Source: Paracoccaceae bacterium
GTDB taxonomy: Bacteria; Pseudomonadota; Alphaproteobacteria; Rhodobacterales; Rhodobacteraceae
DNA length: 64,000 bases
Reading direction: 5' to 3'
Assembly: GCA_965224795.1 (NCBI GenBank)
Contig: CBDDAE010000002.1
Location: 327,873-391,872, forward strand
Below the pieces are notes generated by a model that was not told where the DNA came from, did not search any database, and saw only the letters and a program-made list of their open reading frames with translations. Position 1 is the first letter of the stretch, and each line of letters starts with the position of its first letter. Positions 10,181 through 20,075 of the stretch are shown here, piece by piece. Both the position numbers and the translations under genes were made by a program.

Positions 10181-10740
10181 TGAGTATATTCTTTCCAAAA
10201 GACAGCTCGGCCCGAAAGCTGGGCCGCGCTGTCCGCAACCTCTGGCGTCGTGAAAACGGCAACTCTACGATCGAGTTTGTAATCCTGTTTCCAATGTTAA
10301 TGACACTGTTCTTCGTCGTTTTCGAAACCGGGTTGGTTATGACACGCGGGGTTATGCTGGACCGCGCCGTGGATATCGCCATGCGAGATCTGCGTCTTGG
10401 GACATTATCGCCAATGACCCACGCTGGTCTGAAGGACCGGGTTTGCGACAATACTGTTATCATTCCAGATTGCGACAATGTGGTTTTGATTGAGTTGCGT
10501 AAAATTTCAACCACTACTTGGAATTTGTTCACGACTAATACGACCTGCGTTGACAGAAGCGAAACCGTGCAACCGGTGCTAAGTTTTGAAACCGGACTAA
10601 AGGACGAAATGATGTTGGTGCGTGTTTGCGCCGTACTTGATCCGTTCTTTCCGGGCGTAGGATTGGCGGCACGCATGCAATTGGACAGCACAGGTGGCTA
10701 CGCACTTGAAGCCATGTCCGCCTATGTAAACGAACCGTAA
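10180..10740 (+). CDS. TadE-like protein
   Basis: 186-aa ORF. N-terminus RRENGNSTIEFVILFPMLMTLFFVVFETGLVM (TadE motif). The ATG overlaps the preceding stop (TAATG). Confidence 0.8.
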   Translation: MSIFFPKDSSARKLGRAVRNLWRRENGNSTIEFVILFPMLMTLFFVVFETGLVMTRGVMLDRAVDIAMRDLRLGTLSPMTHAGLKDRVCDNTVIIPDCDNVVLIELRKISTTTWNLFTTNTTCVDRSETVQPVLSFETGLKDEMMLVRVCAVLDPFFPGVGLAARMQLDSTGGYALEAMSAYVNEP

Positions 10741-10749
10741 GGGGTTGTT

Positions 10750-11382
10750 ATGAATAAGTTTATCCGCAAAATATTTCACCGGTTTGGTAAAGACCAAAAA
10801 GGCAGCATGGCTGTCGAGGCTGTTCTTGCTGTGCCCATGTTGTTTTGGGCTGCGACCGCGACGTTTACTTTTTATGACGCCTTCAAAGCACAGAACGCGA
10901 CTTTTCGGGCGAATTACACGATCAGCGATATGCTGTCGCGCCAGACCCAGGCCATTGATCTGAACTATCTTAATGGTCTTCACAGCGTGTTTCGTTACAT
11001 GACCCATACCCGCAACGAAGCCACCTGGATCCGCATTAGTGTTGTGACCTGTGAATCAAGTTGCGCCGATGAGCCGAACCGCGTTTTGGCTTGGGATTGG
11101 TCACACGGTGCAAATGGCGCCCGTGATTTGGATGATACCGACCTGTTGTATTATGAAAGCAAGATTCCATTGATGGCCACCGGTAACCGGTTGATCCTGG
11201 TTGAGACATCGCGCCACTACAATCCGCCATTTGCTAACTTCCTGGTTAGTTTTGCGGAACGCGATTTGGCCAGTCATGTTGTCACCCGTCCGCGCTTTGC
11301 CCCGCAGCTTTGCTGGGAAACCTGTGCAACAAATACAGGTGGATCAGATGGCGATGATGGCAACGGTAACAGCGGAAGCTAG
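10750..11382 (+). CDS. TadE/TadG-like protein
   Basis: 210-aa ORF. N-terminus KDQKGSMAVEAVLAVPMLFWAATATFTFYDAF, similar in layout to the TadE N-terminal helix. Confidence 0.65.
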   Translation: MNKFIRKIFHRFGKDQKGSMAVEAVLAVPMLFWAATATFTFYDAFKAQNATFRANYTISDMLSRQTQAIDLNYLNGLHSVFRYMTHTRNEATWIRISVVTCESSCADEPNRVLAWDWSHGANGARDLDDTDLLYYESKIPLMATGNRLILVETSRHYNPPFANFLVSFAERDLASHVVTRPRFAPQLCWETCATNTGGSDGDDGNGNSGS

Positions 11383-11855
11383 TCCTTTCCAGCCATAGCC
11401 AGATGCATGGCTATGGCTTCTGCCATAAATTTACCCTGACGCGCCGATGTGGCGCCGCCAACGCCGATCCGGTGGCCCATGCGCCACCAAAGGCCCGGCG
11501 ACCAACTGCGTCCCAACTGTTTGTTGACGCGTAGTAAAAACCCGTTCGCCGGTTTGAAAGCAAAAGCCCCGCGGTCGATGCCCATAATATCATCAAGTCG
11601 GCAAATCTCGCGCCCCGAACTATCAACAAGGGCGTCATTTGTCATGAACAGGCTAAGGGCAGTGGCGCGGCGCATTTTATTACCCAGAATGACCGCCCCG
11701 ATCCCGATAAGCAGCAAAAACACCTGATATACTATCTGGGCGGGTGGCTTGGTAATGGCCAGATAAAGAACGATCGCCCCGAGGATATACAAAATTGACA
11801 CCGATATCACCCGTCGAACCGGCGACGGCGTGATCATAGCAATAGCGTTTTCCAT
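11379..11855 (-). CDS. Hypothetical membrane protein (two predicted TM helices)
   Basis: 158-aa ORF. Hydrophobic segments VISVSILYILGAIVLYLAI and VFLLLIGIGAVILG. No family recognised by eye. Its stop shares the tetranucleotide CTAG with the convergent gene. Confidence 0.55.
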   Translation of the reverse strand: MENAIAMITPSPVRRVISVSILYILGAIVLYLAITKPPAQIVYQVFLLLIGIGAVILGNKMRRATALSLFMTNDALVDSSGREICRLDDIMGIDRGAFAFKPANGFLLRVNKQLGRSWSPGLWWRMGHRIGVGGATSARQGKFMAEAIAMHLAMAGKD

Positions 11856-11883
11856 TAATTATCCACAACTTATAAACTGAAGC

Positions 11884-12471
11884 TTATGCGCCAACAGCGC
11901 GCCGCACCATGTTCCAGTAAATCCGTTCAACCCGTTCTTGGGTCAGACGCCCGCCGTCCTGATACCAGGTGTTAACACCGGTCAGCATCGCGATAATTGC
12001 CATGGTCGCCAGTTTGCAATCAGGCACTTTGAAATCTTTGGCCAGTTGTCCGGCCTCAAGAATACTGGCCAGATAGGCCTCATATTGACGGCGCTGATCT
12101 TCGACCTTTTTGAAATTATCGGGCTCCAGATTGCGCAATTCCATATTGGCAATAAAAACCGATTCCGGGCGTTTCAGGTGGTATCGGATATGGAATTTGC
12201 AAAACGCTTCAAGCCGCTCGGTTGGCGTATCCAACATTGGTTCTGCCAATACCGTCACCAGCAAATCAGCCAGGTGGTCATGCATCAGGTCAAACAGCAG
12301 CGTCTGCTTGTCAGGCGTATACAGGTAAAGCGCACCAGCCTGGATGCCAACTTCGGCGGCAATCTGGCGCATGGTAACGGCAGCAAACCCGTGGCGGGCG
12401 ATCAGGCTGATTGCCGCCTTGCGGACCAAAGGTCCAGTGATATCAGCGTGCGAGCCTGTTTTTCTTGCCAT
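11884..12471 (-). CDS. TetR family transcriptional regulator
   Basis: 195-aa ORF. N-terminal HTH region AAISLIARHGFAAVTMRQIAAEVGIQAGALYLYTPDKQTLL. Confidence 0.85.
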   Translation of the reverse strand: MARKTGSHADITGPLVRKAAISLIARHGFAAVTMRQIAAEVGIQAGALYLYTPDKQTLLFDLMHDHLADLLVTVLAEPMLDTPTERLEAFCKFHIRYHLKRPESVFIANMELRNLEPDNFKKVEDQRRQYEAYLASILEAGQLAKDFKVPDCKLATMAIIAMLTGVNTWYQDGGRLTQERVERIYWNMVRRAVGA

Positions 12472-12570
12472 TTAACTTGCATATATGAACAATTGTTCAA
12501 TTAGAAGCGTTTGCTTGCACATCTTCACCAACCGCCCCTATGTAGGCGTAGCAATCCCAACGGGTTAAGT

Positions 12571-12873
12571 ATGTTACGCCAGATCATCTTGCCAATTATT
12601 GCCACTCTGCCGCTGTTGGGCTGTGCGGATTTTCCTGATCTGGACGCAGCCATAGCACAGCGCGGCGTGGTGGCCGGGTTTCCAACCCTGATCCCGATTG
12701 ATCCTGTGCTTTTGTCAGTTGAAATCGACAGCCTTGATGCCACCCAACAGGCAAAGCTGCTTGCTGAAAGGGTACGCCAGCTAAACATTCGCGCCCTTGC
12801 ACTGCGCCGGTCGGTGATTCATGCAAAAACCCGGCGCAACATGGCGGCAGTTGTACAGCGTCACAACAGTTAG
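12571..12873 (+). CDS. Hypothetical lipoprotein
   Basis: From the ATG at 12571: MLRQIILPIIATLPLLGCADF, a signal peptide with lipobox LLGC. No recognisable family. Confidence 0.5.
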   Translation: MLRQIILPIIATLPLLGCADFPDLDAAIAQRGVVAGFPTLIPIDPVLLSVEIDSLDATQQAKLLAERVRQLNIRALALRRSVIHAKTRRNMAAVVQRHNS

Positions 12874-12941
12874 ATCGACCACATTGCGATACATTGCAAA
12901 ACTGGCTACAGACCTGCAACAAACCCACGCGGAGAATTTGT

Positions 12942-14228
12942 ATGAGCACCCCCTTGCGCCTTGGCATTGCTGGATTAGGCACCGTTGGCACCGGCGTTGT
13001 TAAAATTGTGCAGCGCCACGCCGATTTGCTGGCCGCCCGTACAGGGCGCCCTATCGTGATAAGCGCCGTGTCGGCCCGTTCGCGTGATAAAGATCGCGGT
13101 GTGCGCCTGTCTGGATTTGCCTGGGAGGATGATCCGGTCACGCTGGCAAAACGTGATGACGTGGATGTATTTGTGGAATTGATCGGCGGCTCTGACGGCC
13201 CGGCCAAGGCCGCGACTGAGGCCGCGATTGCTGCCGGAAAAGACGTGGTCACCGCCAACAAAGCCATGCTGGCATTGCATGGGCAGGACCTGGCGCTGGC
13301 GGCGGAAGCCAATGACAGGATCATCCGGTTTGAAGCAGCAGTCGCTGGCGGTATTCCGGTGGTCAAAGCCCTGACCGAAGGGCTGGCCGGCAATCAGATC
13401 ACCCGCATCATTGGCGTGATGAACGGCACCTGCAATTTCATTCTGACCAAAATGCAGGCCGAAAACCTGGGCTATAACGCGGTATTCGCGCAGGCGGCTG
13501 ATCTGGGTTATCTGGAAGCCGACCCAACTCTGGATGTGGGCGGCATTGATGCCGGGCACAAACTGGCTTTGCTGGCCGCAATCGCCTTTGGCACCCAGGT
13601 TGATTTTGATGGGGTTGAGCTGGAGGGCATAGAAAAGATCACCATTGAAGATATCGAACAGGCTGCCGACATGGGCTACCGCATCAAGCTTTTGGGCGTG
13701 GCGCAAATGACTGGGCGCGGGCTTGAGCAACGCATGTCGCCCTGCCTTGTGCCAGCCAGCAGCCCGCTGGGACAGCTTGAAAACGCCACCAACATGGTAG
13801 TGCTAGAAGGCGACGCCGTTGGTCAGATCGTTTTGCGCGGTGCCGGTGCTGGTGAAGGCCCCACTGCCAGCGCTGTGATGGCCGATATTGTGGATATCGC
13901 CCGGGGCAATCGTTTGGCGACGTTCGGGCAACCCGCCACGGGTCTAACCAAAGCAAAAGCTGCCCAATCCACCGTCCCTGCCCCTTATTACCTGCGTCTA
14001 GAATTGCAGGACAAACCCGGTGCCATGGCTAAAATCTCGGCAACATTGGGCGAAGCTGGCGTATCCATCGACCGGATGCGCCAATACGGCCATGAGGAAC
14101 GCACAGCGCCGGTGTTGATTGTGACCCATAAAACCAGCCCGGCGGCGCTGCGCAGTGCAATTGGGGCTATGGCCGCAACTGGGGTGGTTGCCAGTGACCC
14201 CGTCGCCATTCGAATAGAAGAGCTTTAG
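12942..14228 (+). CDS. hom: Homoserine dehydrogenase
   Basis: Start at the ATG at 12942, preceded by GGAGA. MSTPLRLGIAGLGTVGTGVVKIV (NAD-binding). C-terminal ACT-like region. Conserved hom-glpX-recJ order. Confidence 0.92.
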   Translation: MSTPLRLGIAGLGTVGTGVVKIVQRHADLLAARTGRPIVISAVSARSRDKDRGVRLSGFAWEDDPVTLAKRDDVDVFVELIGGSDGPAKAATEAAIAAGKDVVTANKAMLALHGQDLALAAEANDRIIRFEAAVAGGIPVVKALTEGLAGNQITRIIGVMNGTCNFILTKMQAENLGYNAVFAQAADLGYLEADPTLDVGGIDAGHKLALLAAIAFGTQVDFDGVELEGIEKITIEDIEQAADMGYRIKLLGVAQMTGRGLEQRMSPCLVPASSPLGQLENATNMVVLEGDAVGQIVLRGAGAGEGPTASAVMADIVDIARGNRLATFGQPATGLTKAKAAQSTVPAPYYLRLELQDKPGAMAKISATLGEAGVSIDRMRQYGHEERTAPVLIVTHKTSPAALRSAIGAMAATGVVASDPVAIRIEEL

Positions 14229-14303
14229 ATAGCGCTAACTACCTTGTGCCGGTACAACGCCACAGGCTAAACAAACAAGAACGTTAAAAAACAGGATATT
14301 ACC

Positions 14304-15272
14304 ATGCCCGCTTCCGTAGAATTTCACGACCGATTACTTTCCCTTGGACTTGCCCGGGTATCAGAGGCCGCCGCCATGGCGTCTGCGCTGCTGGTGGGAC
14401 GCGGCGATGAAAAAGAGGCGGATCAGGCCGCGGTGAATGCCATGCGCGATCAGCTGAACCTGCTGGACATCAAAGGTGTCGTGGTTATCGGCGAAGGCGA
14501 ACGCGATGAAGCCCCGATGTTGTTCATCGGCGAAGAGGTTGGTTCAGGCAAAGGCCCGGCCGTTGATATCGCGCTGGACCCGCTGGAAGGCACCACCCTT
14601 ACCGCCAAAGACATGCCCAATGCGCTGACTGTCATAGCTATGGCACCACGCGGCACCATGTTGCATGCCCCGGATGTTTATATGGACAAGCTTGCCATTG
14701 GGCCGGGCTATAAAAAAGACATTGTGTCGCTTGATATGGCCCCGGCGGAGCGCGTAAAAGCGCTGGCCAAAGCCAAGGGTTGCAAGCCCCATGACATCAC
14801 CGTTTGCATTTTGGAACGTCCGCGCCACGAAGATCTGATCGCCGAAGTTCGCGGCACTGGCGCGGCAATCCGTCTGATCACCGACGGTGATGTGGCAGGT
14901 GTGATCCACTGCGCGGAGGCCGAGATAACCGGCATCGATATGTATATGGGATCGGGCGGCGCGCCCGAGGGTGTGCTGGCCGCAGCGGCATTAAAATGTA
15001 TGGGCGGGCAAATGTGGGGCCGGTTGATTTTTCGCAACGATGATGAACGCGGCCGTGCCCGCAAGGCTGGCATCACCGATTTTGACCGGATTTATTCGCG
15101 CGAAGATATGGTTACGCAGGATGTTATATTTGCCGCCACCGGCGTTACTGACGGGTCCATCCTGAAGGGTATCAAACGCGAACCCGGATTTTTGGAAACA
15201 GAAACTATCCTGATGCGGTCAAAAACCGGATCTATGCGCCGCATGACTTATCGCAATCCGATAAGGAACTAA
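14304..15272 (+). CDS. glpX: Fructose-1,6-bisphosphatase class II
   Basis: 322-aa ORF. GlpX-type sequence AAVNAMRDQLNLLDIKGVVVIGEGERDEAPML ... DPLEGTT ... ITDGDVAG. Confidence 0.92.
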   Translation: MPASVEFHDRLLSLGLARVSEAAAMASALLVGRGDEKEADQAAVNAMRDQLNLLDIKGVVVIGEGERDEAPMLFIGEEVGSGKGPAVDIALDPLEGTTLTAKDMPNALTVIAMAPRGTMLHAPDVYMDKLAIGPGYKKDIVSLDMAPAERVKALAKAKGCKPHDITVCILERPRHEDLIAEVRGTGAAIRLITDGDVAGVIHCAEAEITGIDMYMGSGGAPEGVLAAAALKCMGGQMWGRLIFRNDDERGRARKAGITDFDRIYSREDMVTQDVIFAATGVTDGSILKGIKREPGFLETETILMRSKTGSMRRMTYRNPIRN

Positions 15273-17027
15273 ATGAACGGCCGCGCCTTTCTTGATGTAA
15301 AGCAGTCACTTAGCGGGCGATGCTGGGTTGGCCCGGATATTGAACTTAGTCGCCAGGCCGAGGCTATGGAACAGGCGACCGGCCTGCATTCAGCGATATG
15401 CCACATACTTGTGCGCCAAGGGGTGGCAGCGTCTGAGGCTACGGCCTATCTGGCACCATCTTTACGTGATTTGCTGCCTGATCCGCTGAAATTACGCGAC
15501 ATGGAAGTGGCGGCAAAACGGTTTCTGGTGGCGTTTCAGGGCAAACAGAATATCGCGGTGTTTGCTGATTATGACGTGGATGGCGGCACCTCGGCGGCGT
15601 TGATCCTGAACTGGTTGACAGCCATGGGGCACAACGCCACCTTGTATGTGCCTGACCGGATAGACGAAGGATATGGCCCCAATGAACCGGCCATGGCCAT
15701 GCTGGCCGCTGATCATGATCTGATTATTTGCGTCGATTGTGGCACCGTGTCCAATGGCCCGATTGCCGCCGCCAAAGGCGCGGATGTGATCGTGCTGGAC
15801 CACCACCTTGGCGGTGACACCCTGCCCCCTGCGCTGGCGGTGGTAAACCCGAACCGGCAGGATGAGGACGGCGCGCTGGGGCATTTATGTGCAGCGGGCG
15901 TGGTGTTTTTGTTTCTGGTTGAAGCTAACCGGCAATTGCGCAGCGATAATCTGAACGGCCCTGAACTATTGGGGTTTCTTGATCTGGTCGGTCTCGCCAC
16001 CATCGCTGATGTGGCTCCGTTGATTGGCGTGAACCGGGCTTTTGTGCGTCAGGGCCTGAAAATCATGGCCACACGCCAACGCCCCGGTCTGGTGGCGCTG
16101 TCTGATGTGGCCAAGCAAGACACCGCCCCTACGTCTTATCATCTGGGCTTTGTGCTGGGGCCCCGTATCAATGCCGGTGGCCGGGTTGGCCGCGCTGATC
16201 TGGGGGCGCGACTGTTATCTACAGATGATCCAAGTGAAGCCGCTTCCATCGCTGACAAACTGGACATGCTGAACACCGAGCGCCGTGAAATTGAAGCAAG
16301 CGTGCGCGACGCCGCACTGGAACAGGCCGAGGAGCGCGGCTTTGACGCGCCGCTGGTCTGGGCGGCTGGCGAGGGCTGGCATCCCGGCGTTGTGGGCATC
16401 GTGGCCTCGCGCCTGAAGGAAATAACCAACCGGCCCACCATTGTCATCGGGCTGGATGGTGACGATGCCAAAGGCTCCGGGCGATCGGTCAGCGGTATTG
16501 ATCTGGGGGCGGCGGTGCAGCTTTTGGCGGCTGAAGGAATGATACAAAAAGGTGGCGGCCATAAAATGGCGGCAGGTCTTAGCCTAAGCCGCGAACAGCT
16601 GGAACCGGCCATGGCCCGGCTGGCGGAATTACTGGCGCGTCAGGGGGCTGGTGACCTTGGGCCGCGCGATTTGCGCTTAAGCGGCGTGTTGATGCCCGGT
16701 GCGGCCACGGTGGAACTGATCAACCAGATTGAGGCCGCCGGACCCTTTGGGGCCGGTTCGCCCGCCCCGCGTTTTGTGTTTCCGGATCAACCCATCCGGT
16801 TTGCAAAACGGGTTGGGGCGAACCACCTGAAGATCAGCTTTGGTGACAAAACAACCACCCCGATTGACGCCATTGCATTTGGGGCTTTTGACGGCCCGCT
16901 TGGCCCGGAAATTGAAAACCATGGCGGCAAACTTTTTCACCTTGCCGGACGGCTAGAGATCAACAGTTGGGGTGGAAAAAGCCGGGTGCAACTGCGCCTT
17001 GAAGATGCCGCCCAATCCCACGAATAA
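15273..17027 (+). CDS. recJ: Single-stranded-DNA-specific exonuclease RecJ
   Basis: 584-aa ORF. DHH motifs FADYDVDGGTS, VIVLDHH and GGGHKMAAG. Confidence 0.93.
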   Translation: MNGRAFLDVKQSLSGRCWVGPDIELSRQAEAMEQATGLHSAICHILVRQGVAASEATAYLAPSLRDLLPDPLKLRDMEVAAKRFLVAFQGKQNIAVFADYDVDGGTSAALILNWLTAMGHNATLYVPDRIDEGYGPNEPAMAMLAADHDLIICVDCGTVSNGPIAAAKGADVIVLDHHLGGDTLPPALAVVNPNRQDEDGALGHLCAAGVVFLFLVEANRQLRSDNLNGPELLGFLDLVGLATIADVAPLIGVNRAFVRQGLKIMATRQRPGLVALSDVAKQDTAPTSYHLGFVLGPRINAGGRVGRADLGARLLSTDDPSEAASIADKLDMLNTERREIEASVRDAALEQAEERGFDAPLVWAAGEGWHPGVVGIVASRLKEITNRPTIVIGLDGDDAKGSGRSVSGIDLGAAVQLLAAEGMIQKGGGHKMAAGLSLSREQLEPAMARLAELLARQGAGDLGPRDLRLSGVLMPGAATVELINQIEAAGPFGAGSPAPRFVFPDQPIRFAKRVGANHLKISFGDKTTTPIDAIAFGAFDGPLGPEIENHGGKLFHLAGRLEINSWGGKSRVQLRLEDAAQSHE

Positions 17028-17101
17028 TCTGACGCATTTAGCAAAGAAATTGCTTGCCCTTCTTCCGCGCTTTGCCTAAATAACGGCGCACGCTGATCAG
17101 T

Positions 17102-17176
17102 GGCCCGTTCGTCTATCGGTTAGGACATCTGGTTTTCAACCAGGAAAGAGGGGTTCAACTCCCCTACGGGCTACCA
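17102..17176 (+). tRNA. tRNA-Glu (anticodon TTC)
   Basis: 75-nt cloverleaf folded by eye. Acceptor GGCCCGT/ACGGGCT with G1-U72. Anticodon stem TCTGG/CCAGG with loop TTTTCAA (TTC). T-arm AGGGG-TTCAACT-CCCCT. Encoded CCA. Confidence 0.9.
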
Positions 17177-17348
17177 CTGGCGGGTTTTTCCAACGGTTTT
17201 GTATTCACACGGTCACTGGTTTTTGCCAAAATCACCTTACATCCATTCAAATATCTGATTATAAGTGTGCGTAACCCCCAGAGGTTATTCAATTTTTTCC
17301 ATTGCTCAATATTTTTAGGGTGTTAACGTCCGGTGTGGGGAGAGCCGA

Positions 17349-18416
17349 TTGCCGAATCCAAGTGAACCGTTAATTTTTGATGGGCACAATGATGTGCTGC
17401 TTAAACTGATGAACGATGGCGGCCCCGGCTCAGCGCAGCGGTTTATAGAAGGTTGCCACGGACATATCGACGCCCCGCGCGCAAAGCTGGGTGGGTTCGG
17501 CGGTGGCTTTTTCGCAATCTATATCCCTTCGCCCAATGACGATGTTAACGAAGACGATATGTTCGAAGCCATGAACCAGCCCAGTTATGATCTGGAACTG
17601 CCGGACCCGGTGACCCAAACCGACGCCCTGCCCGTCGCGCTGGAGCAATTGGCGATCCTGCTGCGATTGCAGGATTTGAGCGCACTAAAAATCTGCCACA
17701 CCACCGCAGATCTGCGCGCCTGTTTTGCCAACGGCACCATGGCCGCCATAATGCACATGGAAGGCGCTGAAGCCATTGACGTTGACATGTACGCGCTGGA
17801 AGCATTCCATGCTGCTGGCTTGCGTTCCATCGGCCCAGTCTGGAGCCGCCCAACGATTTTTGGCCACGGCGTGCCTTTCAAATATCCGTCCACCGGCGAT
17901 ACCGGCCCCGGCCTGACGGATGCCGGTACTAAGCTGGTCAAACGTTGTAATCAGCTTGGCATAATGCTTGATCTGTCACATCTGAACGAAGCAGGATTTT
18001 GGGACGTTGCTAAAACCAGCGATGCGCCGCTGGTGGCCACCCATTCCAATGTACATGCCATTTGTGCCAATTCGCGCAATCTGACCGATAAACAACTGGA
18101 CGCCATTGCCGATAGTGATGGTATGGTCGGGCTGAACTTTGCTGCCGCCTTCCTGCGCGAAGACGGGCGAATGCAGGCGGACATCCCGTTTGATACCCTG
18201 CTGCGACATCTGGACTATATGATAGATCGTATGGGTGAAGACCGGGTTGGGTTGGGTTCTGACTTTGACGGGGCGATGGTGCCCGACGCGATCAAAGATG
18301 TGGCCGGTCTGAACAATCTGCGCGCGGCTATGGTTGCACACGGATACGACGCGGCGTTGATGCGTAAACTGTGCCATGAAAACTGGCTGCGGGTGTTGGA
18401 TAAGACTTGGAAATGA
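17349..18416 (+). CDS. Membrane (renal-type, M19) dipeptidase family protein
   Basis: 355-aa ORF with a TTG start. Motifs FDGHNDVLLKL, ATHSNVHAI and GLGSDFDG. Confidence 0.88.
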   Translation: MPNPSEPLIFDGHNDVLLKLMNDGGPGSAQRFIEGCHGHIDAPRAKLGGFGGGFFAIYIPSPNDDVNEDDMFEAMNQPSYDLELPDPVTQTDALPVALEQLAILLRLQDLSALKICHTTADLRACFANGTMAAIMHMEGAEAIDVDMYALEAFHAAGLRSIGPVWSRPTIFGHGVPFKYPSTGDTGPGLTDAGTKLVKRCNQLGIMLDLSHLNEAGFWDVAKTSDAPLVATHSNVHAICANSRNLTDKQLDAIADSDGMVGLNFAAAFLREDGRMQADIPFDTLLRHLDYMIDRMGEDRVGLGSDFDGAMVPDAIKDVAGLNNLRAAMVAHGYDAALMRKLCHENWLRVLDKTWK

Positions 18417-18473
18417 ACGTTGAGGTAAGGCAAAAAGCCAAGAGCAATCAAATTAACAGAGAGGACTAAGATA

Positions 18474-20075
18474 ATGAAACCATTTAATAAAATCATGGCC
18501 AGTGTGGTCATGGGGCTTGCAGTCGCTGTGACTGCAATGCCAGCAGCGGCGGAAACACCGCCCAATATGCTGGTGATTGCCAATCGGATTGATGACATAA
18601 CAACCCTTGATCCGGCCCAGTCGTTTGAATTTGCCGGTGGCGATGCCAGCCGCAATATCTACAGCCGTCTGGTCAACTTTGACCCCGCCGACCTTGGCGC
18701 CGGTTATGTCGCTGATCTGGCCGAAAGCTGGACAGTGTCCGATGATGGACGCACAATCACCTTCACCATGCGTGAAGGCGTAACTTTTGCGTCCGGTAAC
18801 CCGGTAACAGCTGCGGATGCTGAATTCAGCCTGCGCCGTGCAGTAACGCTAAACAAAACACCGTCGTTCATTCTGACGCAGTTTGGTTTTAGCGCTGACA
18901 ATGTCAACGAAACCATTGTTGCCACTGGCGATATGACGCTGGCGATAACAACGGATAAGCGGTTCGCGACATCGTTCGTGCTGAACAGCCTGACTGCCAC
19001 AATCGGCGGCATTGTTGACATGAAAACCGTGATGGCCAACGAGGTTGACGGCGATCTTGGCAATGAATGGCTGCGCACTAATACTGCCGGTTCCGGACCC
19101 TACGTTTTGGGCAGCTGGAAGCCAAACGAAAGCCTGACACTGGTGTCAAACCCTGACTATTATGGTGGTGCACCTGCCATGGAACGGGTGGTTGTACGCC
19201 ACATTCAGGAAAGCGCGACACAGCGTCTGCTGCTGGAAAAAGGCGATGTTGATATCGCCCGCAACCTGAACCCGGATGATGTTGCCGGGCTTGAAGGCAA
19301 TGGTGATGTTGACGTTGACAGCGAACTTCGCGGACGCTTGATGTACATTTCCATGAACCAAAAGCACGAAGCGCTTTCCAACCCATTGGTGATCGAGGCC
19401 GTCAAATATCTGATCGACTATGATGGCATGGCCAACAGTTTCCTAAAGGGTCAGTACAATGTGCATCAGGCATTCCTGCCGCGCACATTCCTGGGTGAAA
19501 TTGACGATATTCCGTTTTCTCTGAATGTCGAAAAAGCCAAGGCCCTGCTGGCCGAAGCTGGTTATGCGGATGGTTTTGAAATTGGTTTGTTCGTGCGTGA
19601 AGCTCAGGAACGTATCGAAATCGCCACCAGCCTGCAAAATACCTTTGCACAGGCTGGCATCACCGCGACCATGACTGTGGGAACTGGTAAACAGATCTTA
19701 GGTGTTTACCGGTCACGTGAGCATGACATCTATGTTGGTGCCTGGGGCCCGGACTATCCGGATCCAAACACCAATGCCGGTACGTTTGCATTCAACCCGG
19801 AAAACTCGGATGAAGCACAGGCAACTGGTCTGCTGGCTTGGCGTAATGCTTGGCACATTCCTGAAATGTCCAATGATACGCTGGCAGCGGTAGAAGAAGG
19901 CGACCGCGATACGCGCGCTACCATGTACGAAGACCTGCAGCGGGCACACCAAAAGGTGTCGCCATTTGCCATCATGTTCCAGAAGACCGAACAGAACGGC
20001 ATGCGCTCAAATGTTGAGGGCTTCTCAATGGGCGGTGCGATCACTGGCGCTGGTTACTGGAAAGTCACCAAGTAA
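18474..20075 (+). CDS. ABC transporter substrate-binding protein, peptide/nickel (family 5) type
   Basis: 533-aa ORF with signal peptide MKPFNKIMASVVMGLAVAVTAMPAAA. Followed by two permeases and two ATPases. Confidence 0.88.
   Translation: MKPFNKIMASVVMGLAVAVTAMPAAAETPPNMLVIANRIDDITTLDPAQSFEFAGGDASRNIYSRLVNFDPADLGAGYVADLAESWTVSDDGRTITFTMREGVTFASGNPVTAADAEFSLRRAVTLNKTPSFILTQFGFSADNVNETIVATGDMTLAITTDKRFATSFVLNSLTATIGGIVDMKTVMANEVDGDLGNEWLRTNTAGSGPYVLGSWKPNESLTLVSNPDYYGGAPAMERVVVRHIQESATQRLLLEKGDVDIARNLNPDDVAGLEGNGDVDVDSELRGRLMYISMNQKHEALSNPLVIEAVKYLIDYDGMANSFLKGQYNVHQAFLPRTFLGEIDDIPFSLNVEKAKALLAEAGYADGFEIGLFVREAQERIEIATSLQNTFAQAGITATMTVGTGKQILGVYRSREHDIYVGAWGPDYPDPNTNAGTFAFNPENSDEAQATGLLAWRNAWHIPEMSNDTLAAVEEGDRDTRATMYEDLQRAHQKVSPFAIMFQKTEQNGMRSNVEGFSMGGAITGAGYWKVTK

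Noticed and set aside
12596-13730. Long antisense ORFs (12596..13393, 265 aa; 12975..13730, 251 aa) opposite homoserine dehydrogenase. Similar cases are 61929..62732, 40678..41184, 60301..60819, 54992..55492, 24073..24564, 25450..25959, 28475..29516 and 10134..11007.
   Set aside because: Each lies entirely opposite a gene with strong family motifs. Their products are Arg/Pro/Gly/Ala-rich with low complexity and no recognisable motifs. They look like typical shadow ORFs of GC-rich DNA.
17102-17348. tRNA-Glu (and tRNA-Leu at 59489..59574) as possible genomic-island integration sites.
   Set aside because: There is no integrase, excisionase or transposase, and I saw no duplicated tRNA 3'-end repeat nearby. 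Flanking genes are ordinary metabolic or housekeeping genes of typical composition.
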